DNA from: a virus
Lineage: Duplodnaviria; Caudoviricetes
Length of the DNA: 64,000 bases
Virus record (IMG/VR): IMGVR_UViG_3300025708_000007
Coordinates: 1 to 64,000 of that record
Reading direction: 5' to 3' (one strand)
The notes beneath the pieces are model-generated. The model ran no database searches, was not told the origin of the DNA, and was given only the letters and a program-made list of their open reading frames with translations. The first letter of the stretch is position 1; each line of letters starts with the position of its first letter. Below, piece after piece: positions 19,146-28,975 of the stretch. Position numbers and translations under genes: made by a program.

Positions 19146-21173
19146 TTATTTATCTTCTAAATCAAGATTTTCAATTTCTTCAAAGTCAACATCCACTCCG
19201 GTATCAATAGCACCATGCTGTGTGTTAATGCTTTCACCTACGTTAAGTAAAGTATCGATTTCATTAACCATCTCTAACGCTTTCTTATTCTGATTTTCAA
19301 CGATTGCGTTATTTTCATTAATTACTTTCTTATGCTTTGCTGATTTTTTACGTTCGGGTTCTGCAGTTTCACCGCCAACCAATTTTTCAACGAGCTTGTT
19401 AAATTCATTAACACTCATTCTTCCTTTACCTTCAGCTAAAGGTGGTGCTCCACCAACAGGTGGTGCTGCTGCTTCAGGTGGCATACCGCCACCCATTTCT
19501 GGTGCTCCACCAGCAGGTGCTCCACCAACAGGTGGCATACCGCCACCAGCAGGTGCTCCACCGCCAGCAGGTGGCATTTCTCCACCCGGAGTAGTTGCAC
19601 CCGTTTCAGCACCAATTGGCATTCCTTCAACTGGCTCACCATATCTTGCATCAATATCTGCAAATAAGCCAGTTTTCTTAATATTAACTGGAGAGTCTTG
19701 AAGTTCTTGCATGATGACTTTTTCCATTTTTTGTTGTTTCAAGTCATCAATAATTTCCTTATCACTCATATTCCACAACTTCCTCTTAGCATTGGTGTGT
19801 GACATTGCAGCAATACCACCTTCACCACGTGTTAATTCAGTATATGTTTGTGCTTTATCACGCATTAATTCAGACTTCATTTGTTCTGCCTGAAGCGAAG
19901 GATTGGTAAGCGTTAATTGGAAATTATTTAAATCATCACCAGTGTAACCCAATAAATATAAATGTATCATTGCCATTTTATTGAGTTCCTGAATTATTGC
20001 CTGTTGAATACGATTTACTTTTTTTGCAAAGCGGATGTCATATTGAGCCATATTTTTTCCCGCACCTGCAGCATCTTGGAATGATAAGAAAGGTTTCGGT
20101 ATCCCAAGACCAGTAAATAAATTATCACGAAGGTATTCAATGTCATGTATTTGGTCAAGATTTTGTGCACCCGGAAGTGTTTCAATTCCTGTTTGAGTAT
20201 TTGCATTTCTTACTGGTAAGAAATAATCTTCATCATTGCCAAGAATATTGAAGCGATAATCAATTTGACCATCGTTTGGTGAAACCTGTGCAATCTTTTT
20301 AAATTTGGTAGCAACCTTATAGATATAATCTTCAATATCGTCTTCATCAATATTTCCAACGTCAATTTTGAAAACTTTCTTCTCACCAGCACGAATAATA
20401 CGATAGGTTAACATTGCATCTTCAGCCATTACAAGCTGACGAAAAACTCTACGTACTTTATTAAGTACTGATGAACCATATGGTAAATATTTATCATCAC
20501 CAAGAAGCCTGAAATGAGCAATTTCAAAAACATTAAATTCATCACCAGTCATTCTTTCTCTAAATCTGACTGTTGGTTTACCATTTTGTATTCTTTCGAA
20601 ACGTTCAATTTCATAATTCACTAATTGTTTTACGTGAGTAACACCTTTTTTACGTTCACCATAAAGCAACACAAAATTATCACCATATTTTACAGTATTT
20701 CTTACCCAAAACGGTAAGTTTACATTTACGTTAACAGTATCATAGAAAAATTCTTCCAACATAGTTTTAATTCTTTCTTTGTTGGAATATATGTTGAGCA
20801 TTTTACCATTAAAGCCAATGGTTGTTGCTTCTTCCATAAATAAATCCAATGCACTTGAAATAATTGGATAGTATTCCATACCCTCATAATCAATATATGC
20901 CGGAAGTCTGGCTGCTTCATATTGTAGTGCTTTCTGGAAACCTCTATCAGTGGTTCTGAAAAATTTATTTTGAAGGTCTTTTTTTTGTTGTAACTCCAAT
21001 CCCTTCCTCATTACTTCATCAGGACTACTACCTTTAATAATAACCTTTGGTGGTTGTTTTACTGGTGTGCTTTGCGAAATTGCAGGTTGCTGGTCTTGAA
21101 AACCAAAACCGTCCAGATTCAACATTTTATTAAGCTGTTGATATATAGTACCTTTTTTCTGTTCGTCAGCCAT
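19146..21173 (-). CDS. portal protein (T4 gp20-like)
   Basis: QLVMAEDAMLTYRIIRAGEKKVFKIDVGNI, EDYFLPVR, IETLPGAQNL, IEYLRDNLFTGLGIP. Confidence 0.95.
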   Translation of the reverse strand: MADEQKKGTIYQQLNKMLNLDGFGFQDQQPAISQSTPVKQPPKVIIKGSSPDEVMRKGLELQQKKDLQNKFFRTTDRGFQKALQYEAARLPAYIDYEGMEYYPIISSALDLFMEEATTIGFNGKMLNIYSNKERIKTMLEEFFYDTVNVNVNLPFWVRNTVKYGDNFVLLYGERKKGVTHVKQLVNYEIERFERIQNGKPTVRFRERMTGDEFNVFEIAHFRLLGDDKYLPYGSSVLNKVRRVFRQLVMAEDAMLTYRIIRAGEKKVFKIDVGNIDEDDIEDYIYKVATKFKKIAQVSPNDGQIDYRFNILGNDEDYFLPVRNANTQTGIETLPGAQNLDQIHDIEYLRDNLFTGLGIPKPFLSFQDAAGAGKNMAQYDIRFAKKVNRIQQAIIQELNKMAMIHLYLLGYTGDDLNNFQLTLTNPSLQAEQMKSELMRDKAQTYTELTRGEGGIAAMSHTNAKRKLWNMSDKEIIDDLKQQKMEKVIMQELQDSPVNIKKTGLFADIDARYGEPVEGMPIGAETGATTPGGEMPPAGGGAPAGGGMPPVGGAPAGGAPEMGGGMPPEAAAPPVGGAPPLAEGKGRMSVNEFNKLVEKLVGGETAEPERKKSAKHKKVINENNAIVENQNKKALEMVNEIDTLLNVGESINTQHGAIDTGVDVDFEEIENLDLEDK
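19440..19600 (-). repeat. Gly/Pro/Ala-rich coding repeats in portal C-terminus
   Basis: repeated GGAP/GGGMPP units (GGTGCTCCACCA on + strand). Confidence 0.75.
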
Positions 21174-21255
21174 TTTTATAAATTTTTATATTTTTTTATA
21201 AATACTGCAGTTTTTCGGAAAAGACACGAAAAACTCATTTAAATATAAATACAAT

Positions 21256-23337
21256 TTAATTTTTCTTTTTCTTATCCAATCCATTAAATAACCAAGAATG
21301 TGCGATATATGGATTTAATGGTGATGCGCTGCTTGGTGAAATCATTGGTCTGTTTTTTATGTCTTTCTTTTTTTCGATTTCTTTAATGTCATTTACAGTA
21401 ACAATTGCATTAAGCATTTTTTCGGTCATGCTTTTACTTTGCTTGTATCTTGCCATATCAAAATTCAAAACATATAAACCAATTGACAATCCCATTATTG
21501 AATCATCGTGGAATGAACGTTTATGGTCAGCAACACGGTTTCCGGGAACAGTGACAAAAGTTTTCAATTCATTTAGTAATCTCACAGACCTAATTATCAC
21601 ATCTTCAAGATGAATAGCACGTTGCATCTCAAGTAATACTGAAGCACGGTTATTGCCAATAAAAAATCCGGGAATTAAATCAACAGTAACGACACTACCA
21701 TCACTCAAAGTTTTTTGTCCTTTTTTAATATATCCTTGTAGTCTATCTCTCGATGGTTTATGTGTTACTTCAGCATAATGAATGCTTTCTTCAGGATAAC
21801 CAAATTCAATTAGTTTTTCTACTGTTTGTACACCATAACCACCTGTAATATCAATTACACAATATGCATTATTATATCTTTTACCATACTGATATGCAAT
21901 TTCAGCAAGCATTTGTGGTGTTATTTTACCATAATATTCGGCAACTTGTTCGCACAAATGTCTTTTTATTTTAACCTTCTTTACCTTATCGCCTTTAGTG
22001 ATTATTTTTTCTTCAATAATTTCTTTTATTTTTAACATATTCATGGTTGAATTATCTTCACCATGTCCCGGTGATGCATCAAGTGCCATGATATAATTTT
22101 CACCCGGTAATGGGTCTTCCCAAACCCACAAATTTAAATCAGTGTATTCCTGACGAATTGGCGTTAATACTTCATTTTCTTGAATACGTTTAAGAAATTC
22201 TTCTGCAATGAAGTTATCTCCTGAACCCAAAAATGAGCATAAAAGTTCCTGTGCGATTTTACGCATGTCACCATTTGCATCACGTACTTCAGCTTCGAAC
22301 CAAGGAGAACTTGCTTCCCAACCTTCGGTCATTAAATCAATGCGTTTTTTATAATCCCAATTTTCGTCAACTATTTTTATTTCATTTGATTTACCCTTAT
22401 TTTTCAGCCAAACCAAATCTTTATTATATCTGGGGTCATTATACCACCAAAGTTCAACAGCTTTGAAGTTATTTTCTTTGCTTCTTGCACCCATGAATGT
22501 TTTATAGAATACTGCATCAAGACCAGAAGGAGTACTTACGAAAATAGCTGCACCACCAGTCTGAAGTGTAGGTTTTGCAGATGTCCAGAACTTATCACCT
22601 TTTTCTGTCCATGCAACCTCATCCCAGAATAATAATGTTGGCGTATAACCACGAAGACCTTTTGATGAGAAAGCACCCAATTTTGAATTGTTATCATAAA
22701 TTTTCATTTTCTGGGTGTCTTTCAAATTCTTCTCACTATTTCTTCCGGTTTTCGGTCTAAGCCAACTTGGGCAACTTTCAATAAAGTCAACAACGTCAGC
22801 CATCATTTCGTCACGTGCTGTTTCAAGTTTATCTGCAACAATAGCAACCTGTCTGTTTCTATTAAACATTATGTACCATGCAATATATGCACAAGTGGTT
22901 GTTGAAATACCAGCCTGACGATATTTGTTTGCAACAACAAATCGATTGTCTTTATATGTTTCAACCAATTCTTTTTGAAATTCAAATAATTTAAACGGCA
23001 CAATCATACCACCAGCACCCTGAGTCTGGTCAAAAATGGTTAAATAGGTTTCGATGAAATAAACAGGATTTGTTGCACAACGAACAATTTCTTGTTTTTG
23101 CTCTAAAAGAGTTAATTCACTTGCTTTTTTTGTTAATCCTTCTTCAGTAACAACAATCGGTTCAACATTCCCAATTTTTTTTCTAAGTTCGGCAGCTTTT
23201 TTTCTCGCCTCTTCTTTTTCCTTTTCTTTTTGAAGGTCAAGTGGAATTATTGGTACATGTTCTGGAAATAGGGAATCTTCTTCTTGTTCTTTTTTCTTTT
23301 TTTCGGGGTCAATATTTAAATTTGCATTAATACTCAT
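21256..23337 (-). CDS. terL: terminase large subunit (gp17-like)
   Basis: KYRQAGISTT, LFWDEVAW, VSTPSG, nuclease DASPGHGEDNS and HDDSIMG. Confidence 0.95.
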   Translation of the reverse strand: MSINANLNIDPEKKKKEQEEDSLFPEHVPIIPLDLQKEKEKEEARKKAAELRKKIGNVEPIVVTEEGLTKKASELTLLEQKQEIVRCATNPVYFIETYLTIFDQTQGAGGMIVPFKLFEFQKELVETYKDNRFVVANKYRQAGISTTTCAYIAWYIMFNRNRQVAIVADKLETARDEMMADVVDFIESCPSWLRPKTGRNSEKNLKDTQKMKIYDNNSKLGAFSSKGLRGYTPTLLFWDEVAWTEKGDKFWTSAKPTLQTGGAAIFVSTPSGLDAVFYKTFMGARSKENNFKAVELWWYNDPRYNKDLVWLKNKGKSNEIKIVDENWDYKKRIDLMTEGWEASSPWFEAEVRDANGDMRKIAQELLCSFLGSGDNFIAEEFLKRIQENEVLTPIRQEYTDLNLWVWEDPLPGENYIMALDASPGHGEDNSTMNMLKIKEIIEEKIITKGDKVKKVKIKRHLCEQVAEYYGKITPQMLAEIAYQYGKRYNNAYCVIDITGGYGVQTVEKLIEFGYPEESIHYAEVTHKPSRDRLQGYIKKGQKTLSDGSVVTVDLIPGFFIGNNRASVLLEMQRAIHLEDVIIRSVRLLNELKTFVTVPGNRVADHKRSFHDDSIMGLSIGLYVLNFDMARYKQSKSMTEKMLNAIVTVNDIKEIEKKKDIKNRPMISPSSASPLNPYIAHSWLFNGLDKKKKN

Positions 23338-23413
23338 TTATAATATTTTATAAATAAATACTATGTTTTCATCATTTTTGTAAGGCTCAGTATTTATCTA
23401 AAAATCGTGCCTT

Positions 23414-23791
23414 ATGAGAGACAAAAAACAACATGCTGAATATACAAAACAATGGCGCATAAATAATGCACAACGTGTTAAAGATTATGAAATTGCAAAT
23501 AAGGACAGAAGAAAATTAAATAGTATGAAATCCATATTAAAAAATAAATATGGAATAACAATTGAAATATACGAAAAAATGTATTCAACACAAAATGGCT
23601 GTTGTGCAATTTGCGGTGAGCACCGTGAAATGCACACATCTAATTTAGCCGTTGACCATAATCATGACACCAATGAAATTAGAGGCTTACTCTGCAAAAG
23701 ATGTAATTTATTATTAGGTAGCGTAAAAGATGATGTTCAAATATTAAAAAATGCAATCACTTACCTTATAAAAAACCGCAAGGCGGGGTAA
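23414..23791 (+). CDS. endonuclease VII-like (His-Me) homing endonuclease
   Basis: CAIC...LAVDHNHDTNEIRGLLCKRCNLLLG. Confidence 0.85.
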   Translation: MRDKKQHAEYTKQWRINNAQRVKDYEIANKDRRKLNSMKSILKNKYGITIEIYEKMYSTQNGCCAICGEHREMHTSNLAVDHNHDTNEIRGLLCKRCNLLLGSVKDDVQILKNAITYLIKNRKAG

Positions 23792-24035
23792 ATATCTTGA
23801 TTTATCCCGCCTCGAAACCTTTTCTTCCAATTCCGGTAAGATAGGCAAAAAACGATACACATCTTGGCATACCGTTTTTCGATTTCCTTCCCTCAAATGA
23901 TGGGATGAACTCATGAACGCTGATTAGCGGGTTCAGCGTCCGAAACCTTTATTGATTCCACACCAAAGGTATAGAATTAAACCGAAAACGTATTCATGAA
24001 CCACGTCTTCTTTACTGTTTTACCACGTGGGCAAT
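23790..24035 (-). ncRNA. candidate structured ncRNA (~250 nt)
   Basis: GTATTTAT motif upstream (rc 24044-24053), about 6 consecutive hairpins, terminator-like hairpin at 23780-23814; no convincing ORF. Confidence 0.45.
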
Positions 24036-24051
24036 CAGTTATGGATAAATA

Positions 24052-24543
24052 CTAAAACTTTATCGAAGAGACTTCAATAAATTCGTTATTTTTCAGAACA
24101 ATTTTCCTTGTATTTAAAATCTCTTTAACTTTTCCAAGCGTCATACCATAATGAAATACCATTAATGGCAAATCATCGTCTTCTTTTTCAAACATCTTTT
24201 CATAATCGCCATACTTACTGTCATTAGTTTCATCAACCTGTTTTTCGATTTCATATGCAAGCGCATGAATAGTATGATAGCCATGCATGTATTCTCTATC
24301 AACAGCCTCATGTAAGCAAAATAAATCAAACGTACTTGTTTTTAAACTATAAACTTCGTTAACATATTTTTCGGTTGGCGGTAATGCGTTGTCACATGCG
24401 GGTGAAATATCCCAGCACCATCCTTCAACATCAATATTTTCTGGATTTTCCGAAAAAATGAATTCATATAACCCCTCGCCTTTTGAATTATAACCAATTT
24501 TCAATATGAAAATTAATTTTAATTTTGAATCTTCATCTTTCAT
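24052..24543 (-). CDS. hypothetical protein
   Basis: 163-aa ORF with upstream GTATTTAT motif. Confidence 0.75.
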   Translation of the reverse strand: MKDEDSKLKLIFILKIGYNSKGEGLYEFIFSENPENIDVEGWCWDISPACDNALPPTEKYVNEVYSLKTSTFDLFCLHEAVDREYMHGYHTIHALAYEIEKQVDETNDSKYGDYEKMFEKEDDDLPLMVFHYGMTLGKVKEILNTRKIVLKNNEFIEVSSIKF

Positions 24544-24586
24544 ATCACGATTTTTTCATAAATACTACAAAAACCCGTTCGAAAAA

Positions 24587-24976
24587 TTATATTTCGGGCA
24601 TTGTAATACCATATTCGTTTTTTATTACAGCATCAACGAATAGAAGTGCAAGATTGTATGCTCTGAAGACAAATTTGAAATGTTTTTTATTTTTATATGA
24701 AAAAATTTGTGACGTTAGGGATGCGAACATTAATCCATAAAAGATTGTTGGATTTTCTGTGAAAAATATGGAAAGTATCAGAAGTATCCATGAAATCCAA
24801 TTCCAAACAATCATTTTGCTGAATGCCACGTGAAGGTCAAGTTCGTTTTCTTGTATTAGCAATCTACGATATTCAAAATCGAGATGTGCTTCTGCAAGTC
24901 TCACCATTTCAGCATTTTTCCTTTTACTTCCTCTGAAAAATTTAATTCTGTCGTATTCTCTAATATTACTTTTCAT
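24587..24976 (-). CDS. hypothetical membrane protein
   Basis: two hydrophobic segments. Confidence 0.65.
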   Translation of the reverse strand: MKSNIREYDRIKFFRGSKRKNAEMVRLAEAHLDFEYRRLLIQENELDLHVAFSKMIVWNWISWILLILSIFFTENPTIFYGLMFASLTSQIFSYKNKKHFKFVFRAYNLALLFVDAVIKNEYGITMPEI

Positions 24977-25061
24977 ACGGCATTATACGATAAAGAATTA
25001 AATTTGTTACAAAAAAACCCGACTTTTTTTGAGTCGGGTTCTTATTTTCTTAAATATTTTT

Positions 25062-27506
25062 TTATGCTCTGTTTGCGGGAATATAAATAAGCTTACCTGC
25101 TTGTGAACTTACTTTACCTAATCCATCAGGGTCATTTGCTGCTTGTTTTGCAACATTTATTACATCTTGGAATGCTGCTCTATCAATCATAATTCCCAAT
25201 CCACCATTGTACATGATTTCAGAAGAATATGCTTTTTTCAATGCGCTTCTTGAAAGATTTGGGTCAGCATCAATACTTGCTTTCAATTCTTTTTGCTTTC
25301 TTAATTTACCTTCAACACTTTGATTGAATTTGTTCATCATTCCTGTTATTTTTTCACCAAAACCTTCGTCAACAGATTCATACAATTTGAATTGTTTATC
25401 AATCATTGCATCAAGTTTCTTTATTGTTGGTGATTTTTCGCTTTCATTCAAAACCGCTTTCCTTAAACCAACCTTTTCCTGTAAACGTGCACGAATGTAC
25501 TTTCTAAGTTTTGCTTCAGATTCACTCATTGTGGCTTTTTTTTGCTTTTTTGTTTCATTCACAGTAATGTTTACTGTTGAATCTTTAATTTCAATTTCTT
25601 TTCCACCACTTTCAGTTTCAGGTTCTTCAATTTCAACTTCAGCACTATCTGGTTTTGCAATACCTGCGCCAAGAACATCAGCATCTGCAGCGAAACCAAC
25701 TTCTTCTTTTCCTTCTTCGCCTTCAGGTTCTTCAACTTCATCGTCTTCTTTCAACATTTCCGGTTGAACTTCAACATTAGCTGGGTCTGTACCTTCAGCA
25801 GCCATACCATATTTACCTAAACTTGCACTACCTTTTGCACCGACTTGATTTTGTATTGTTGCTAAAATACTTTTTATGTTGACTGGTTGCTGACCAGCTT
25901 TCTGTAATCTGGTATTTAATGCAGCAATCTGTTTTCCTAAATCAGCAGCAATGGTTTCAAGTTTTTTGATTTCACCCGGAACTTCACCTGCGTGATATGT
26001 TTGCTTAATTGCAGTTGCAGCTTGACCAACCTTTTCTTTACCTGCCTGATATGCTTGACCAACTTTTTCAGCACCTGCCTGTGCAGCTTGACCAACAGCT
26101 TGTGCGCCTTTTTGAATTGCACCACCTACTGCTTGAGCACCTTTTTTAATACCAGCACCTGCTGCTTTACCTAAAGCACCCAAACCACCCCAAAGTTCAT
26201 TCATTTGAGCTAATTTGTCTTCTTCACTGGATTCGCTCATTTGATTAACATAAGGAGTAAGTTTTTCTGCATATTCATCATGACCATAATCACCTTTTAA
26301 TTTTTCAAGCATTTCGGGATTCAATAATAACGCCACCATTTTAAAGTCGCCATCATTCTGACCATCATTATATGCATTTGCATATCCACTAACCAAACTA
26401 CCCATTTCTTCTTCGCCACATTCCATAATAGATTCTTTGGTATAGCCTCTTGATTCGGCATATCTACCGAAACCACCACATTCTGCACAAACACCTTCTT
26501 CTTCAATGCCAGCAGCTTCTTCACCTGCTTCAACATTTTGTCCTAAATCTTCAACTTCATCATCAGGAACAACTTTGAGGATTTTGTCTGCCATTGCTTT
26601 TCTGTCTTCGATTTCAATTTCATCGAATTTGTCTTTAAATGAAGCAAGGAATGAGTTAACATATGATTTGACTTCGCTTGGTTCTAATTCAGTTTTTCTG
26701 ATTTTACCAGTTAATTTACCAAGCGTTTTTTCAATTTCTTTTACTGTAAGACTTTTTTCATCTTCAGGAGATGTTGCATCTGCAGCAGCATCGCCTTCCG
26801 GTTCTTCTCCGGGAATTTCTTCTTCACCACCTTCAGGAGCAGGTTCTTCATCACCTTCACCACCTTCAGGAGCAGGTTCAGCAGGAACTTCTTCTTCGCC
26901 ACCTTCTGGTGCTGGCATTTCAGCAGGAGCTTCTTCACCACCTTCAGGAGCGGGTTCTGCTGAAACTTCTTCACCAGCAGCAGGTTCAGCATCTAAACCA
27001 GCAGCCATTTCAGCATCACCTGCAGCATCAGCAGCAGCCATTGCATCGCCACTTGCATCTGCAGCAGCAGCGTCTGCGGTAGCAGCGTCTAAATCAGCTA
27101 CTTTACTTGCAGCTTGGTCAATTTCTTGCCCAGCAACATCTTCTTTTAAAAGCTTGCTACCATTTTTGTTTAACTTGCTGCCAACACTTTCATTGATGGT
27201 TGCAAATAACATATTTCTATTCTTATCAGCTTCTGCCAACGATTTGTATTGGAATTCAGTGATGTTTGCCAACCCACCGATATATGCAAAATCAGCAACA
27301 TTTGGGTCTTGTTTTAAACCAGCCTTTTTGACATAGTAGTGATGGTTTTCTTTGATAATGCCATAAGCAACACCGTCTGCTGCTCTTTTATAATCAATTA
27401 AAGTACCCAAATTACGTGTTTTTGATTCTTTTACAGAAACTTTGTTTACTTCTGCTAAGTTTTTTAGCCTTTCGAAATAAGCTTCTTTTGAACTATGATT
27501 CTTCAT
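25062..27506 (-). CDS. large acidic putative internal head/core protein
   Basis: 814 aa, very acidic, PAPEGGEE repeats, many INE/LKE/LNE/VNE sites, upstream GTATTTAT motif. Confidence 0.65.
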   Translation of the reverse strand: MKNHSSKEAYFERLKNLAEVNKVSVKESKTRNLGTLIDYKRAADGVAYGIIKENHHYYVKKAGLKQDPNVADFAYIGGLANITEFQYKSLAEADKNRNMLFATINESVGSKLNKNGSKLLKEDVAGQEIDQAASKVADLDAATADAAAADASGDAMAAADAAGDAEMAAGLDAEPAAGEEVSAEPAPEGGEEAPAEMPAPEGGEEEVPAEPAPEGGEGDEEPAPEGGEEEIPGEEPEGDAAADATSPEDEKSLTVKEIEKTLGKLTGKIRKTELEPSEVKSYVNSFLASFKDKFDEIEIEDRKAMADKILKVVPDDEVEDLGQNVEAGEEAAGIEEEGVCAECGGFGRYAESRGYTKESIMECGEEEMGSLVSGYANAYNDGQNDGDFKMVALLLNPEMLEKLKGDYGHDEYAEKLTPYVNQMSESSEEDKLAQMNELWGGLGALGKAAGAGIKKGAQAVGGAIQKGAQAVGQAAQAGAEKVGQAYQAGKEKVGQAATAIKQTYHAGEVPGEIKKLETIAADLGKQIAALNTRLQKAGQQPVNIKSILATIQNQVGAKGSASLGKYGMAAEGTDPANVEVQPEMLKEDDEVEEPEGEEGKEEVGFAADADVLGAGIAKPDSAEVEIEEPETESGGKEIEIKDSTVNITVNETKKQKKATMSESEAKLRKYIRARLQEKVGLRKAVLNESEKSPTIKKLDAMIDKQFKLYESVDEGFGEKITGMMNKFNQSVEGKLRKQKELKASIDADPNLSRSALKKAYSSEIMYNGGLGIMIDRAAFQDVINVAKQAANDPDGLGKVSSQAGKLIYIPANRA
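26800..26990 (-). repeat. PAPEGGEE coding repeats
   Basis: four imperfect copies of (E/M)PAPEGGE(E/G). Confidence 0.75.
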
Positions 27507-27584
27507 TTTTATATTTTTATAATAGCTATTATGTACTTTACATTTTTTTATAAATACTTAATTAAGAACAAAAAAATACTAAAC

Positions 27585-27830
27585 TCATATTATTTCATAG
27601 TTTTCGTTTATGATTTTGTGCTTAACAAGCATTTCATATACCCTTGGGGTTATTAATTTTTTTCTCTTGTAATTTTCAATGACAGACTGGTTAGCTTTCT
27701 TATGTGAAATGCTTTCGTTCAAAAATTTTGCATTTTTATGCAAATTTTCAACAATCTCATAAAAAACCTTTTCGGCTTTCTTCTTTTCAACAAACTCGGC
27801 TAATTGCTCTTTTGTGACTATAATTTTCAT
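27585..27830 (-). CDS. hypothetical protein
   Basis: 81-aa ORF overlapping the upstream stop. Confidence 0.7.
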   Translation of the reverse strand: MKIIVTKEQLAEFVEKKKAEKVFYEIVENLHKNAKFLNESISHKKANQSVIENYKRKKLITPRVYEMLVKHKIINENYEII

Positions 27831-28657
27831 AATTCGTTGTCAATAAATTCCTTTAAACTTAATTCTTGTGTTAAGTATTCGTTTTTAAGTTCAATCATCT
27901 TGCCAAGATATCCGGTATTTCTTAAAACTTTAAAAACGAGATTTTCAACTGAGTATTCACCCGCTCTATCAAGTCCGGTCTGTCTATATTTTTTTACCTT
28001 ATCCTTAATTTTTTCATATTTTTTCAAAAAATCTTCGCTATTAGCATGCTTTTCCAAATCATCAATTGCATTCATATAATCGGCAGATTTTAATTGAACA
28101 TCTGCAGTATCAATATTTACAATCTTCTTTGTTGGCTTATTAATCCATTCATTTCTATATAGCGAATATGTGCCCGATGCATGATGTGGTTCAGCACTGT
28201 CTTGAAAATACATTTCAACGTCATGTCCTTTCACTTGAATTGGAAGGGTATCATTCCACAATGTTTTTTTTAATTTAAAAAAGTCACCGACAAAATCTTT
28301 ATTTTCTGAAACCTGTCCAAAATCCAAAACAATATGAACATCCAAATCCGAATTTTCATTATAATTGAAATTTGCCATACTGCCAGTTAGCATAATGTCA
28401 TTGAATTTAAGATTTTCAACATCACTAAACTCAATGAATCTTTTAGCATTCATCAGCAATGCTTTTCTAACTTCAGGTTTCATTTTCTCGCTCTCATCCC
28501 AAATAAGCGGAGATAATGTATCGTGCATTTGAAGTGATGAAACATCAACGCTATCTGGTTCAATAACTTCTTTCAATACGTCAGAAACGTTCTTTTTTGA
28601 CCAGAATTTACATGACCAGCATCTTGGATTTTTCTTATTCTCAGCTTCGTTATGCAT
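27827..28657 (-). CDS. Pol-beta-superfamily nucleotidyltransferase
   Basis: LTGSMANFNYNENSDLDVHI (GS...DxD) plus third Asp in HDVEMY. Confidence 0.8.
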   Translation of the reverse strand: MHNEAENKKNPRCWSCKFWSKKNVSDVLKEVIEPDSVDVSSLQMHDTLSPLIWDESEKMKPEVRKALLMNAKRFIEFSDVENLKFNDIMLTGSMANFNYNENSDLDVHIVLDFGQVSENKDFVGDFFKLKKTLWNDTLPIQVKGHDVEMYFQDSAEPHHASGTYSLYRNEWINKPTKKIVNIDTADVQLKSADYMNAIDDLEKHANSEDFLKKYEKIKDKVKKYRQTGLDRAGEYSVENLVFKVLRNTGYLGKMIELKNEYLTQELSLKEFIDNEL

Positions 28658-28659
28658 GA

Positions 28660-28959
28660 TTATTTTTTCTTGGTAAATACTTTTAATAATTCTTCAGCTA
28701 CCATTTGAACATCTTGTTGAACGTTCTGTCCTCTCGGCTTTCTTTCAACAAACAGTCTATATAGTGTATCAATCACTTCGTAATCGTATTCTCTCATTAA
28801 TTCATCAATAACGGCTTTAAGTTTTTCAGCCTTTAATTGATATTCTCTATCATACTCGTCTTCGCTACGATTTAAAACACCTTCATTTACTTTGAAATCA
28901 GAGTTTAATTTAACCATGTTTTCAAATAATAGCTTTTTTATATCCTTTTGCTTTTTCAT
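28660..28959 (-). CDS. hypothetical protein with RLFEVM-like leader
   Basis: MKKQKDIKKLLFENMVKLNSDFKVNE N-terminus. Confidence 0.7.
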   Translation of the reverse strand: MKKQKDIKKLLFENMVKLNSDFKVNEGVLNRSEDEYDREYQLKAEKLKAVIDELMREYDYEVIDTLYRLFVERKPRGQNVQQDVQMVAEELLKVFTKKK

Positions 28960-28975
28960 ATAAGATAAATACTTA

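Noticed and set aside
21256-23337. Inteins or introns in terminase, nrdJ or thyA
   Set aside because: Lengths and motif spacing are normal, with no C/S...HN intein termini or frame breaks.
26506-27336. 276-aa + strand ORF and similar antisense ORFs (e.g. 11039..11323, 19396..19701, 25324..25767)
   Set aside because: They are shadows of low-complexity minus-strand genes; Ser/Pro/Ala bias mirrors the sense codons, and there is no promoter or start context.
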